Numbered from the stretch's first letter, positions 21,368-32,925 are shown. The stretch is 64,000 bases of DNA from an uncultured Methanosarcinaceae archaeon (GCA_963721455.1 CAVRJG010000045.1:64001-128000), one strand, 5' to 3'. Notes: generated from the letters alone by a model not told the origin. A program made the numbers and translations.

Positions 21368-22753
21368 ATGGCAGCAAAAAGATACACTTCAATGGCATAC
21401 GCAAGCGCAGACGAGATGACTTTCGGCGTATCCAAGCACCCGGTAAAGGCAGGCCTTGGCCTCGAGATCGGTGCAGGCTACACAATTCCTGAAGTTAACT
21501 ACGCCCCGAGACCTGAAGCCGGTGCATCCAAGGAAAAACTCGTAAAGGAATACGAGAGGATCACCACTGACATTATGGCAAGAATGGTCCAGGTTGGTTT
21601 CCCAGCAGTTATCCTCGAAACCGAACACGTTCAGCAGATGTCCAACAACCCCTCCTGGGGAGCAGAAGTCGCACACGCCCAGAAAACCATCATGGAAGAA
21701 TACCACGATGAATACGGCATAAAGTGCGCACTCCGCCACACAATCGGCGACATCCGTGAGAACAGGGACTTCCTCCAGCTCAGAGGAGACAAATACTCGG
21801 TCTTCCTCGAAGCCTTCGAAGAGTGTGCAAAGGCCGGTGCTGACCTGCTTTCAGTAGAGAGCATGGGTGGTAAGGAAGTATTCGACTACGCAGTTCTCAG
21901 GAACGATATCGCTGGTATGCTCTATTCAATCGGCTGTCTCGGCTCCATTGACATGGAAATGATCTGGTCCGATATTGCAGCAATTGCACAGAAGACCGGC
22001 ACTGTTGCAGCTGGTGACACCGACTGCGCCCAGGCAAACACCGCAATGTTCATCGGCGGCGGACTGCTCGACAAGAACCTCGCCCACACCCTCGCAATTC
22101 TCGCAAGAGCAATTTCCGCCCCAAGGTCCCTTGTTGCATACGAAGCCGGTGCAAAAGGCCCGGGTAAGGACTGCGGATATGAAAACATCATCATCAAAGC
22201 CATCACCGGTATGCCGATGACCCAGGAAGGTAAGACCTCCACCTGCGCCCACTCTGATGTAATGGGTAACCTTATTATGCAGTGCTGTGACTGCTGGTCC
22301 AACGAATCTGTTGAGTACCACGGTGAATTCGGCGGCACAACTGTTCAGTGCTGGTCCGAGACTCTTGCATATGACTGCGCCCTCATGAACACCGCTCTTG
22401 AAACCAAGAACGAAAAAGTTCTCAGGGACCTTCTCATGCTCTCCGACAGGTACAGAGACCCCCAGTCCTACGTGCTTGCATACGACAATGCATACAGAGT
22501 CGGCCAGGCAATTGTCAAGGACGGAGACAACATCTACCTCAGGGCAAAGAACGCTGCAGTCGAATGCTGCGATATCGTCAGTGAAGGTGCAGCTGGCAAG
22601 CTCGCGCTCTCCAGGTTCGAAACCAAGGCTCTCGCAGACGCAAAGGCAACCCTTGATGCTCTTCCAGAAGATATGGACAGGTTCATGGACGACTGCCTCA
22701 CAAAATACAAGAGTGAAGTTAAAGTCTTCCTGCCGGAGAACTACGGCTTCTAA
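21368..22753 (+). CDS. mtaB: Methanol:corrinoid methyltransferase
   Basis: MAAKRYTSMAY, EVNYAPRPEAG, DTDCAQANTAM, GKDCGYE; follows mtaC. Confidence 0.97.
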   Translation: MAAKRYTSMAYASADEMTFGVSKHPVKAGLGLEIGAGYTIPEVNYAPRPEAGASKEKLVKEYERITTDIMARMVQVGFPAVILETEHVQQMSNNPSWGAEVAHAQKTIMEEYHDEYGIKCALRHTIGDIRENRDFLQLRGDKYSVFLEAFEECAKAGADLLSVESMGGKEVFDYAVLRNDIAGMLYSIGCLGSIDMEMIWSDIAAIAQKTGTVAAGDTDCAQANTAMFIGGGLLDKNLAHTLAILARAISAPRSLVAYEAGAKGPGKDCGYENIIIKAITGMPMTQEGKTSTCAHSDVMGNLIMQCCDCWSNESVEYHGEFGGTTVQCWSETLAYDCALMNTALETKNEKVLRDLLMLSDRYRDPQSYVLAYDNAYRVGQAIVKDGDNIYLRAKNAAVECCDIVSEGAAGKLALSRFETKALADAKATLDALPEDMDRFMDDCLTKYKSEVKVFLPENYGF

Positions 22754-22754
22754 G

Positions 22755-22785
22755 CCGAACCCTCCGGTTCCCTTTTTCTTTTTTA
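22755..22785 (+). terminator. Putative mtaCB terminator
   Basis: Short hairpin gaacc..ggttc followed by T-tracts. Confidence 0.5.
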
Positions 22786-23024
22786 AAACTAATTTTAATT
22801 CTGCACATTTCTGCAAGCTTCTCGCCGTTTGACCCTTGATTTTTTCACGGTTTTGCCGCCCTGTGCTTCTTTGCGGCCCCTGTACTTCTTAAGATAGCTC
22901 TGCACGTAAATACTTGCACCTTAATTCATTCTGGCCTTATAATCACGAAGGCAGGAAAAATTCATTCCATATTATAGAATCACGGAAAACAATTACAGCC
23001 CTGAGAAAATTGTAACTTTGTAAG

Positions 23025-23134
23025 TTAGCCCTCTTGAGCGAAGCGAAATATAAATTCCTCTAAATTAGTCCTCTTGAGCGAAGCGAAAAGGACATCGTGC
23101 TCCCGAAGCGAAACTCGGGAAGCGAAACTCGGGA
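23025..23134. repeat. REP-like intergenic palindromic element
   Basis: ttag(c/t)cctcttgagcgaagcgaaa x2 and tcccgaagcgaaactcggga hairpins; related copy at 36735. Confidence 0.75.
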
Positions 23135-23258
23135 TCGAAAAAAGAAGGAATAAAATCTGGAAAATAGAATATATTTTCAGAGCATAAGAACAATACTTAA
23201 TGAAATAATTACATAGAAAAAAGAAAAACATATATACATGAGAAGAGTATCGATAAAT

Positions 23259-23535
23259 CCTACTTTCGGCAGGTCGACGTTTAATTTTTGATAATTTTAC
23301 TGATGGCGATTTTGAAATAATGCTCCTTACTTGTGTGTAATTGATAGGTTTACATATGACCAATTATTAATTTCTCATACTAAACTTTAATGAAAAAATG
23401 ATTTAGTATTTATATATGCTGTGGGAGTTGAGCCACCTGTTAACCAGCTTTAAACCTAATCTATAGTTAGTGAATGTTCAAAAACGGCATCAAGAAAAAT
23501 ATTCTAATTTTTAATGTCGACCTGCCGAAAGTAGG
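23259..23535. mobile_element. MITE (277 bp), IS1634-like ends, 6-bp TSD
   Basis: 20-bp perfect TIR cctactttcggcaggtcgac; ATAAAT duplicated at 23253-23258 and 23536-23541. Confidence 0.88.
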
Positions 23536-23729
23536 ATAAATAGTAGCGTGGGACCAAAAAAATACATAAACAGACCAAAAAAGCATACGGACAGACCAAA
23601 AAAGCGTGCCATCAATGAGGAGTTTATATAACTCTCCCATGTTACTTCCTTTCCAATTTTATTTTTGCCTCCGCGTATTTTGGCTATTTTTCGAACTATT
23701 CAGGTTGTTTTAGAGAAGAAAAAAGTATA

Positions 23730-23888
23730 GCGAAGCCTGAAGTTGTCCTGGAATGTATCAGGGAAGTCCTGGAAGAAGCGAAATACAGGAATAAAACAGA
23801 AAGGTTGCGCAGGCTTGCAAGAGAACTGGACGGACCTAAAGCCGTAAGAGAAATGCTTGAAAAAGAATTCAGGAAAAAGGATTCCTGA
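23730..23888 (+). pseudogene. C-terminal remnant of a GT-B glycosyltransferase
   Basis: PEVVLECIREVLEEAKYRNKTERLRRLARELDGPKAVREMLE...*; no N-terminus. Confidence 0.55.
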
Positions 23889-24025
23889 AAAACATCTCTA
23901 CGTCCCTGCATGTTGGGCTGAGTGAAGAGAGCAATCAGGAAAAACGTGAACAACTCCTCCCTAAATTCTTCGCCTTAAGGCTCAGGATTTTGAGGAATGT
24001 GGCTTTATGGATTATTGATATAAGT

Positions 24026-24670
24026 TTACTCAGGCAAAAGACTCTTCAGATAATCGAGAAGTGCAGCATGATTTTCGAACACAAGATCCGCATGCTGCAC
24101 CTTCTCAGGTTCAAGCATGCTTGCAACCGCAATACAGTAAAGCCCGGCTCTTCTGGCAGCCGTGATACCCAGAGGGGCGTTTTCAATTACAATGCACTCG
24201 TTCTCTGCCAGGTCAAGTTTCTCAAGCGCTTTAAGGTATGGATCAGGATCAGGTTTTCCGCGCTCCAGGTCGCCCCCGGCAATAATAACCTCGAAGCAGC
24301 CTGAAAAAAAATTATTGACAATTTTTTCAACTACATTGCGGTTCGACCCGGAAACCATAGCAAGCCTGAAATGCCGTTTTAATTGCTTGAGGCAGTCCAG
24401 AATACCTTCAAAAGGTTTTATCCGATCAAACTCAAGAGCTTCGCGTTTCTTTTCAGGTAGCTGCTCGAAGTGCCAGGGCTCAGGCTCTTTTCCGGCATTC
24501 TCGAAGATCGATTTAATTAGCCTTTTGTCGTTTGAGCCTTCAAGCTCGTAAATATCTTCCCTGCTGACGGTAATACCTGTTTCCTGAAAGGTTTTAACCC
24601 ATGCTTCGGCCTGAAAACGCATGGAGTCTACAAGAACCCCATCAACATCAAACATAATTGCTTTTAACAT
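24026..24670 (-). CDS. HAD-superfamily phosphatase
   Basis: FDVDGVLVDS, GKPDPDPY, IENAPLG. Confidence 0.9.
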   Translation of the reverse strand: MLKAIMFDVDGVLVDSMRFQAEAWVKTFQETGITVSREDIYELEGSNDKRLIKSIFENAGKEPEPWHFEQLPEKKREALEFDRIKPFEGILDCLKQLKRHFRLAMVSGSNRNVVEKIVNNFFSGCFEVIIAGGDLERGKPDPDPYLKALEKLDLAENECIVIENAPLGITAARRAGLYCIAVASMLEPEKVQHADLVFENHAALLDYLKSLLPE

Positions 24671-24793
24671 ATATTCAATAGATTGTTATAATCTATAATA
24701 AATATTATGAAAATCAAAGTTCATGAAAATTTCTATATAGAGAGGTATCGGGTTTTATCGAGAGCCAGAGTAATTTTTCTTCACTGGCTTTTT

Positions 24794-24982
24794 TCATTTG
24801 AGATACTTATCGTACAGAAGTCCCCCCAGCCAGTACCCGAGTAAGGCAAAAATGAGAGTGCCTGGAGCGTAGATAGGGAGGTCTGATCCCCGGACCGGAA
24901 ATAATAGATTGAAAAACAAAAGGTAGGAGATCAAGAAGATTAAAAATCCGATTACCTCAACCTGATTTTTTGCTAGTTTCAA
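24794..24982 (-). CDS. Small membrane protein
   Basis: Two hydrophobic helices; co-directional with neighbours. Confidence 0.6.
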   Translation of the reverse strand: MKLAKNQVEVIGFLIFLISYLLFFNLLFPVRGSDLPIYAPGTLIFALLGYWLGGLLYDKYLK

Positions 24983-25062
24983 GTTTTACCTGAGCCCCCT
25001 TTTCCCAACCCATAAAATCCCCGAATTTCAGAAGTTCGGCTTATGACGGCGGGTTTCACTTT

Positions 25063-25509
25063 TTACTCTTCCTTCTTTCCTTCTTCGCCTTTCTCGTCCT
25101 CTTCCCCTTCTTTCTTGAAATTAAGAGAAACGGAATTAATGCAGTAGCGCTTCCCGGTTGGCTCAGGCCCGTCTTCAAAGACATGCCCCAGATGGCTTCC
25201 GCAGCGGGAACAGACTATTTCGATCCTGTTCATGAAATAACTGTTGTCTTCTTTGAGCCTGACCCTGTCACTGGAAACCACATCATAGAAACTTGGCCAG
25301 CCGGTTCCGGACTCGAATTTGGTATCGGAAGAAAAGAGTTCCTGCCCGCAGGCAGCACAGGTATAAACTCCTTTTTCCTTGTTATAGTACAGGTTGCCGG
25401 AAAAGGGCTTTTCCGTACCTTTCTGCCGCAGGACCTGATATTGTTCAGGAGTGAGTACTTTTTTCCATTCTTCTTCGGATTTTTCAATCGTGTTCTGTGC
25501 CAGTCGCAA
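25063..25509 (-). CDS. msrB: Peptide-methionine (R)-S-oxide reductase
   Basis: [35 protein letters not shown]. Confidence 0.95.
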   Translation of the reverse strand: MRLAQNTIEKSEEEWKKVLTPEQYQVLRQKGTEKPFSGNLYYNKEKGVYTCAACGQELFSSDTKFESGTGWPSFYDVVSSDRVRLKEDNSYFMNRIEIVCSRCGSHLGHVFEDGPEPTGKRYCINSVSLNFKKEGEEDEKGEEGKKEE

Positions 25510-25710
25510 ACCCCCTTTGTGTATGTAAGTTAGTTGTTTCGGAAATATTATTGTTTCTTCGAATCAGGAAAACTGCTTGCAGAAAACGAAGTCGATGGTA
25601 AAAGTACGTATATGGAAAATAGAATTATAAAGTGAAGAGTATAATTATATAAAATAAATAAAATTTAGCATAAATAATACCATGAATAAAACCTGTTAAT
25701 TTGGGGTGGC

Positions 25711-26160
25711 ATGGAAGAAAATCCGGCGAGAGGAAAGGACCACAGCATAATAACAGCTGCCATTATCTTTTTACTTCTTACGGCGGTCTTTATGGTTATC
25801 ATTATTAAGCGGATTGATTTTGGGAAGTTTACGCTCCCATTTTATCTTATAGTAGCAGGAATGTTTTTCTTTGCCACGGCTATGGAAGCAGAAGGGAAAA
25901 CAGGAGAATGGATTGCTTCCCTGGGCTGGACCCTTAACATGCTCAGCTTCGTCCTTTATTACCAGTATGCAACCGGAAACCAGGAAAGCTGGATCTACAT
26001 CTGGCCGCTGGTTTTTCCTGTAGGAACAGGGTTGGGACAGCTGGGTTACGGAACGGTTAAAGCCAAAAAAGAATCCTTTGAGCGTGGAAAAGTTCTCATC
26101 CAGATAGGGTTTGGGCTATTTATCCTGATCCTGGTGCTTTTCAAGCTCTTTTTTCAGTAA
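25711..26160 (+). CDS. Multi-pass membrane protein
   Basis: Several hydrophobic segments. Confidence 0.7.
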   Translation: MEENPARGKDHSIITAAIIFLLLTAVFMVIIIKRIDFGKFTLPFYLIVAGMFFFATAMEAEGKTGEWIASLGWTLNMLSFVLYYQYATGNQESWIYIWPLVFPVGTGLGQLGYGTVKAKKESFERGKVLIQIGFGLFILILVLFKLFFQ

Positions 26161-26177
26161 AGTTACTCTTTCGGGAT

Positions 26178-28646
26178 TTACTCGTGCCTGAGTGAGTCAA
26201 CAGGCTTCATTTTTGCGGCTTTCCTTGCCGGGTAGACCCCTGATACAAAACCTACCATAACAGCCACGAAGAATCCGGCTGCTATAAGGCTGAAAGGAAA
26301 TACGACAGGCAGTTTGAGAAAGGTTTCAACGCCGTACGCACCGGCAATTCCTACTGTGCTTCCGAGGACGCCCCCGAAGACTCCGAGCAGGATTGACTCG
26401 ACCATGAAAAGGAACAGGATATCAAAACCTGTAAAACCCAGGGACTTGAGCACTCCTATCTCCCTTGTCCTTTCTGTCACGCTTACAAGCATGATATTCA
26501 TGATCCCTATCGAGCCGACAAGGAGAGAAATCAGGGCAACGGCTGTCAGAAAAGAACTGAGGGCTGCCGCCATCATATCAGTTTGTTTCAAAATCTCAGC
26601 CTGATTGATGAGGACATAAGGGCGCGACTCTTTATCTGCAAGTTCCCTTTCGGAAATCCCGAAGCTTCGGGCAAGGCGCTCGTCTACTTCGTCTGAGGTC
26701 TCCTGAACTGTCACAGGGTCTTCAGCCATTGCAAAAACACCCCCATAGTCCTTTTCGCCAAGAATCTCGTTCATGACATCGATAGGGATCAGGACAGCCT
26801 CATTATCGTCGTAAGCCTGGACAACGGTATTTTCCGGGTTCTGGATTATTGCCTTAACCTTGAAGGTCTTTGTAACTTTTTCTTCTTCTCCGACCCTGAA
26901 GGTTATGTTTATGGAGTTCCGGACCGAAATATTCCGGCCGAACTTCTCATTTGCAACCTTGTGGCCTATAACCGCCACGTACCCGTCATTGTCATTAATA
27001 AAGGTCCCCTTCTGAAGTTTTGTATTTGCCACCTCATCGTAGGCTTCTCCGATCCCGCTTACCATAATATTTTTGGTTTCGGACATGTACGTAACTTCTG
27101 CACTTTGCGTTTTTAAAGGAGAAATCCCCAGAACCCCTGGTGTATTTTCAACGGTCTTCAGCTCATTGTCGTAAAAAAGCTTTGGCTGCATCCCCTGGAT
27201 AAAAATGAAATTCGACCCGAGATTGGTTACCTCATTCGTAAAGTGCTGGTTGAAACTTGCCCCAAGGGACACATTCGCAATCACAGCTGCGACCCCTATG
27301 ACGATTCCAAGCACTGTAAGGGTTGAACGCAGCTTTGCACTTTTAATGCTTCCAAGCGCTAGTGCATCGATTCCATACTTCTTGAATAAAAATTAATATA
27401 ATACTTTAATTATAATAATATTTATGGGTCGTATAAGCCGCCGTTCCAAGTTATCACTTACTAGAGAAGAAGAAGATTACTTGATTAAGTTAAGTAATTC
27501 CAGAAGTCAATCAGCAAGCCTTGTTGAACGAGCTAAAATTGTGCTTTTAAGTGTTCAGGGAATAAACGATACTGAAATCTCTCTGGAATTAAACGTTGCT
27601 TACAATACCGTAAGAACTCGAATACAAAGAGTTTTGGATTTTGGAGTTAGAGAAAGCCTGAAGGACAAAAAAGGAGGTGGAAGACCAAGAACTATTACAG
27701 ACGAATCTCGTGCATGGATGATCAAGATTGCATGTATGAAACCAAAAGATTTTGGGTATCCACATGAAATATGGACACAGAGACTCTTAACTAAATATGT
27801 GCAGAAAAACTGTGTCAAGGAAGGACATCCTGAATTATCAAAGATAAGTCAGGGAACGATTTCAAAAATCTTGAACGCAAGTAGCATAAAACCACATAAA
27901 ATCAAGTATTACACCGCCAAAGTGGACCCAGATTTTGATGAAAAGGCAACGAAAGTTTTGGGCACATATAAAGAAGTTAAAAAACTAAAAAAAAAATTAA
28001 AAAAAAGAAAACGTTAGATAGAGCAATATTTTCATGTGATGAAAAAACAGGTATTCAAGCTATTGGGAATAAGTATCCAGATCTGATGCCAGTAGAAGGA
28101 AAATATCCTAAGATGGCAAGGGATCATGAGTATATTAGACATGGTACTCTTTCATTATTTGCTTGTACTGATCTGATTACTGGGAAAGTTCATCACAAAG
28201 TTTTTGAAAAAAATAGAAGTCGTGAGTTTATTGAGATTTTGAAAGAAATAATTTCAGATTACCAGGATACAAAAATAGTCGTGATTCTTGATAACTACAT
28301 AATACACATATCAGAAGAAACTAAAAAATATCTAAGTACCTTGGAAAAGGGAAAGTTAAAGTTCGTATTCACACCAATACATGGAAGCTGGTTGAATATT
28401 ATTGAAAGTTTCTTCAGCAAAATGATTAGAAGCTTTTTAAGGGCAATAAGAGTAGAATCTGTAGAGGAATTGAAGGATAGGATTGCTCAATACATAAATT
28501 TACTCAATGAGGAACCTGTGATATTTATGTGGAAATATAAAGTTGAAGAAAAAGATAAGATTCCTGGTGGAATTGCGATATGAAAAAAATATGCAATTAA
28601 TTTGGAATCGATGCACTAGTTTTCCTGCACTGAAAAAGGGGATCAT
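26178..28646 (-). pseudogene. MacB/FtsX-type ABC permease interrupted by IS630 at codon ~10
   Basis: IS removal restores MIPFFSAGKLALGSIKSAKLRSTLTVLGIVIG; GIMNIMLVSVTERTREIG and YPARKAA motifs. Confidence 0.92.
27362..28616 (+). mobile_element. Complete IS630-family element (ORFA 27424-28017 + -1 frame DDE ORFB ending 28583)
   Basis: TIR gtgcatcgattcca/tggaatcgatgcac, duplicated TA in a CTAG target; HTH, CDEK, LDN and WLN.IE motifs; A10-TT-A8 slippery run. Confidence 0.95.
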
Positions 28647-29034
28647 GGCTGAAGACTCCGTTTTACAGATTTTATGGGGGAAGGATAAAATTAAGAATTA
28701 AGATGAAAACTGATTTCCCTTAAACTTTCTTTAAATGAATACATCAAACATATAAATTCTGCTAAAGAGGAGAATATCGCTCCTGAGTAAAGAAGAACCT
28801 TTCCACGATTTAAATTGGAAATTTCTTGTTGCAGAATAGAAATATTCATATTTAACCGAAGTAAACGATCTGGCCTTCGGGCAGCCTGCTGAAGGAAAAC
28901 TCGTTGAAAACCTCAGGAAAAACCCGAAATTTATCCCTGAACTTTCGCTTGTAGCTGAAGTTGGTGGGAAAAATAGCTGGTCATATTCTATTTTTCCCTG
29001 TAATAATCAAACCAGCGGCAGGAAAGAAAGAAAT

Positions 29035-29658
29035 TCAGAGAGAAATAGTCAGGCTTGACTCGGCTCTTCTGAACTCAGGACCGGGAAGATTAGAAGTCGA
29101 GATCAATTTCCCGAAATCCCTTGCTTTTTCCAGAAGCTGGGGCCTGAAGGAAACTTCAAGCTTATCCGTGCCTGCTGCAATGACCGTATCCAGGATATCA
29201 AAGCCCAGATAGTAGAGAATGCCTGCTGTATATTCAAAATACGGTTTGAAGGCATCCCTGTCCGAGCTGCCCTGGGAAAAGACAAGAATCAATTTTTTAT
29301 TATCAAGTCTGCTCGAAAAATTGGGCTTTAAGAAGGCTGTCAGGCGGTCAACAAATATTTTAGTTTGGGCAGTCATCTGCCACATGTAGACAGGAGAGCC
29401 GAGTACAACAGTGTCTGCAGTCTGGATTTCCTGATAAAGTTTTTGCATATCATCGTCTATAATACAGCAGCCTGATTCCTGGCACCTCAGGCAGGCATCA
29501 CAGCCTTTAATATTTAGAGAAGCCAGATTGTAAATAACTTTATCTGCGCCGTTTTCAGCAGCTCCGTCAAGAATAGCGTTCACAAGCTTCGCAGTGTTTC
29601 CGTTAATATTAGGACTACCCACCAATCCAAGAATTTTAATGCTAGAACCCCCGTTCAA
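29035..29658 (-). CDS. Iron-sulfur flavoprotein / NADPH-dependent FMN reductase family
   Basis: GSP..GNT, CDACLRC.....C, GSPVY, K.FVDR. Confidence 0.88.
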   Translation of the reverse strand: MNGGSSIKILGLVGSPNINGNTAKLVNAILDGAAENGADKVIYNLASLNIKGCDACLRCQESGCCIIDDDMQKLYQEIQTADTVVLGSPVYMWQMTAQTKIFVDRLTAFLKPNFSSRLDNKKLILVFSQGSSDRDAFKPYFEYTAGILYYLGFDILDTVIAAGTDKLEVSFRPQLLEKARDFGKLISTSNLPGPEFRRAESSLTISL

Positions 29659-29926
29659 ACGTTTAAAAAGTTAGAGTTTTAATCAAAAGTAAACAAAAGT
29701 ATAAATGACCGATCAGCATAAAAATGTTTCTCTTGTTTAAAAAAGTTAGTAAGTTGTATTAAAAAGCCCGCGAAGAAAAGGAAAAAGAAGAAAGAAAAAG
29801 GAAATTAAAACGGAAAAAAGACTGGAAAGCAGAAAAAAATTAAAAAGGAGAAGAAAATAAAGAATTTCCTTCAAAACCGGAAAAACTGTTTTCTCGTTCT
29901 CCTTTTCTTTTTCTCCGGTTTTTTAT

Positions 29927-32029
29927 TTAATTTCTCTTTACTTTCAAAAGGGCGAAGGCCCCAAGCCCTGCAACAAATACCGAGAGTGCCTCGAATCCGG
30001 GAATTGGAGACTTCTTCTCTTCTGGCCCTGCTTTCAGAGGCAGTGCTGTATAGTTATCGTAATTGGAAATAGAAACCCCAAGAAAAGCAGAATCGTTTGA
30101 ATAATAATCTGCGAGGCCAGCAAAGAGTTCCTGTATTGAAACTTTATCTTTAAAGCCTTCTTCCACAGAGATTTCTATTATCCCTCTGGAACCTGCACCT
30201 CTTATCTCCCCCATCTCGAGGGCAATTGCATCAACAATACCTGGCACGGAGTTAAGCTCTTCAGGTTCCCCGGAATACGCTCTAATAATGAAAGAATCGA
30301 CAAAAGGAGCGATTTTTTCAATCTGCGACGCGGTATAATTAAGCGGAAGACTTGCTGAGATTGATATGTTTCCTCCGGCTCCTTGATGCCCGGTCTCAAA
30401 AAGTTTTTCATAATCAACGTCGCTTTCTTCTGGAGAGGGTTTTACGTAAATATCGATTCCGTCAAAGGGTGCAAGGGACTTTCCATTATAATCAAGTACA
30501 GTGTTCAGGGATGCCTGACAGGCGTCTTCACCCCCTTTTTCTGTGCAGTTCAGGTCTTCCAGAATCACGGCATGTACGGAGATTCCGTTTTCATGGGCCG
30601 TTTTCACAAAGCGCTCGGATTGCCATACATCTTCGCTGTTCACACTGAGGAAAATGGTGTTTATGCGTGAGGAATTAAGTTCTTTTACAAGGGCAGGGAA
30701 ATCGACCCCGTATGAGGAAGAGAGTTTAATTCCGGAAATACCGACATCGTATTCAGGGAACACTTCCGGGGTACCTGCCTCCTCCTGGCTCAGGTTTTCC
30801 TGTGCCTGCGCAACCCTCCCGGAATTAGAGGTTTCGGAATTCAGCTCAGATCCGGGCGTGGCTTGAGGTTCGGAAACAACCTTCGGTTCAGAAATGACCT
30901 CAGATTTGGAAATATTTTCAGAGATGTTTTCAGAAAGGTCTTCCGCAGAAACTTCGGGTTCTGCCTTAGTTGAGATTACTCTGGCCGTGGGTTCGGTTTC
31001 GACAAATTTGCGAACCAGGACGTAGTCAACTGCCATATACCCTGTATTCTTCGAGGCGTCCTGGTAGGAAGCAGCATACAGGTAAATGTGCATTGGGAAA
31101 TTGGTGATATAATCATTTGAGGCGAAGTCCATTCTTGAGTCTCGCACACCGTTTTTAAACCAGGCTACCTTGCGGGTATCGTTTTCCTCATACCAGGCGA
31201 CCCCTGAGACATACCATTCCCCTTCGGGAACATTGACGTCAGTGAGATCAAAGAGGTTATGCCTTTCCTTCCTGTAAGCTGTTTCCCAGCCCACACGGCT
31301 TTCATTGGCAAGCTCGGTCTTATGCTTTATGTCGTTTTTTCTGCTGTCTACCTGGTCTATGAAACCCTGCCACAGCAGAGGCCCTCTATTATCCGTGCCT
31401 GTGGTAACTTTCATTCTCTTGACCACAAAAATAGAATTGATGTTAAAACTGCCTTTGCTGTAGATCATAGAGGAGTCATAAGCATGAACTTTGGGGGCTG
31501 CAATGGTACAGTTCCCATTATTAACATCAACCATGCCACCGCCTGCACTTTCAGCGTTCCAATCAAGTCCGTTGAGGTTACTACCATCAAAATTATCGAA
31601 AAAATCAAATGTATTTTCCCCACTGCTTGCAGCCGTAGCCCCAGGATTTCCATATCTCATGAGGATTTTACGGGTTCCGTTTGCAGGGAGCGACGGAATT
31701 TTGACCCAGATAACAGCTTCCTTATTTTCAGGGTCCCACTTCTCAATCCAGTAATTGAGCGTTTTATCCCCGGAGGAGAATCGAAGGTCTGAGCCATCAC
31801 TTTTTGCCATTGAAAAATTAAAATTCGAAGAGTTCAAACCGACAGGGACAGGGTATTCTGTCAGAATTTTACCGGCATTCTCAGTAATGACAATTTCCCG
31901 GGAGTTATTCCATGAGTTATCATTTGCGGACAGATTCCACTTGTCATCCGTGCTAGCCAGGGCGCAGCCTGTGAATAAAAATATCAAAAAAACAGAAACA
32001 ATCCCGCATACCGTAAATTTTTTTTCCAT
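29927..32029 (-). CDS. DUF2341-domain surface protein with PGF-CTERM anchor
   Basis: Signal peptide, DGSDLRF..LNYWIE..IWVKIP..YGNP, FDFFDNF, C-terminal IPGF + TM + basic tail. Confidence 0.85.
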   Translation of the reverse strand: MEKKFTVCGIVSVFLIFLFTGCALASTDDKWNLSANDNSWNNSREIVITENAGKILTEYPVPVGLNSSNFNFSMAKSDGSDLRFSSGDKTLNYWIEKWDPENKEAVIWVKIPSLPANGTRKILMRYGNPGATAASSGENTFDFFDNFDGSNLNGLDWNAESAGGGMVDVNNGNCTIAAPKVHAYDSSMIYSKGSFNINSIFVVKRMKVTTGTDNRGPLLWQGFIDQVDSRKNDIKHKTELANESRVGWETAYRKERHNLFDLTDVNVPEGEWYVSGVAWYEENDTRKVAWFKNGVRDSRMDFASNDYITNFPMHIYLYAASYQDASKNTGYMAVDYVLVRKFVETEPTARVISTKAEPEVSAEDLSENISENISKSEVISEPKVVSEPQATPGSELNSETSNSGRVAQAQENLSQEEAGTPEVFPEYDVGISGIKLSSSYGVDFPALVKELNSSRINTIFLSVNSEDVWQSERFVKTAHENGISVHAVILEDLNCTEKGGEDACQASLNTVLDYNGKSLAPFDGIDIYVKPSPEESDVDYEKLFETGHQGAGGNISISASLPLNYTASQIEKIAPFVDSFIIRAYSGEPEELNSVPGIVDAIALEMGEIRGAGSRGIIEISVEEGFKDKVSIQELFAGLADYYSNDSAFLGVSISNYDNYTALPLKAGPEEKKSPIPGFEALSVFVAGLGAFALLKVKRN

Positions 32030-32263
32030 AATTAGCAGCCTCTAGTAAGTCCTTAATCAAACCCGATCAGATATCAATACCAAAACCTTAATAGATAGTG
32101 GTTATTAACCCAAAAACAATAAACCTTTTCATAAATACTTGTCAAAAATCATAAAGATAATGATGTTAGTAATTGTGAGAAAAAGAAAATCGAAAAATGA
32201 TAAAGTCCGGAAAGAACAGGAAATCCGAAACTGTAATAAAGAATCTTTGCAATTACAGTCTCA

Positions 32264-32779
32264 ATGACGCTTCTATCCAGCACCGAACTGAGAAAACTTG
32301 TACAGGCAAAGCCTCCTTTGCTTGAAAATGCAGTCGATATAGAAACCCAGATCCAGCCTAACGGGCTTGAACTCACCCTGAAAGAGGTAAAAACAATCGA
32401 AGGTCCTGGAGCTGTGGATTTTGATAATTCGGAGAGAAAACTTCCAGCTGGAAAAACCCTTGAATTCGGGAGCGACGGCTGGATTCACCTGCCTGAGGGG
32501 ATTTATAAGGTACTTTTCAATGAAATTGTAAATATTCCCATGAACCTGGCCGCAATTGCAAAGCCGAGGTCAAGCCTTATTCGCTGCGGGGCGACTCTTG
32601 AAACCGCCGTATGGGATGCCGGATACAGGGGACGCAGCGAGTCAATGCTGGTAGTTTACAACACTGAAGGCTTCAAGCTGAAGAAAAATGCCAGGATCAT
32701 GCAGCTTCTATTCTATACTCTGGACGCGGAAGTAGAAAAAGGATATTCAGGTGTGTATCAGAACGAAAACACAAAATGA
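32264..32779 (+). CDS. dUTPase (trimeric dUTPase/dCTP deaminase family)
   Basis: QPNG, PRSSLIRCG, VWDAGYRGR, ARIMQL, YSGVYQ. Confidence 0.88.
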   Translation: MTLLSSTELRKLVQAKPPLLENAVDIETQIQPNGLELTLKEVKTIEGPGAVDFDNSERKLPAGKTLEFGSDGWIHLPEGIYKVLFNEIVNIPMNLAAIAKPRSSLIRCGATLETAVWDAGYRGRSESMLVVYNTEGFKLKKNARIMQLLFYTLDAEVEKGYSGVYQNENTK

Positions 32780-32925
32780 ATTCTCAAAAAAAGCTTTTTT
32801 AAGCTTTTTAGCCGCCGGTTCATGAAGGCCAGACTCACACTGTATAAGCAAAAGAAATAATGAAACCGATATCCTTAGAAAATACAGATAAAGTATATAT
32901 TGTCTAATCCGCAATATCACAGGCT

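Noticed and set aside
21926-22816. 296-aa antisense ORF (and similar shadow ORFs elsewhere)
   Set aside because: Antisense shadow of the codon-biased mtaB; no motifs
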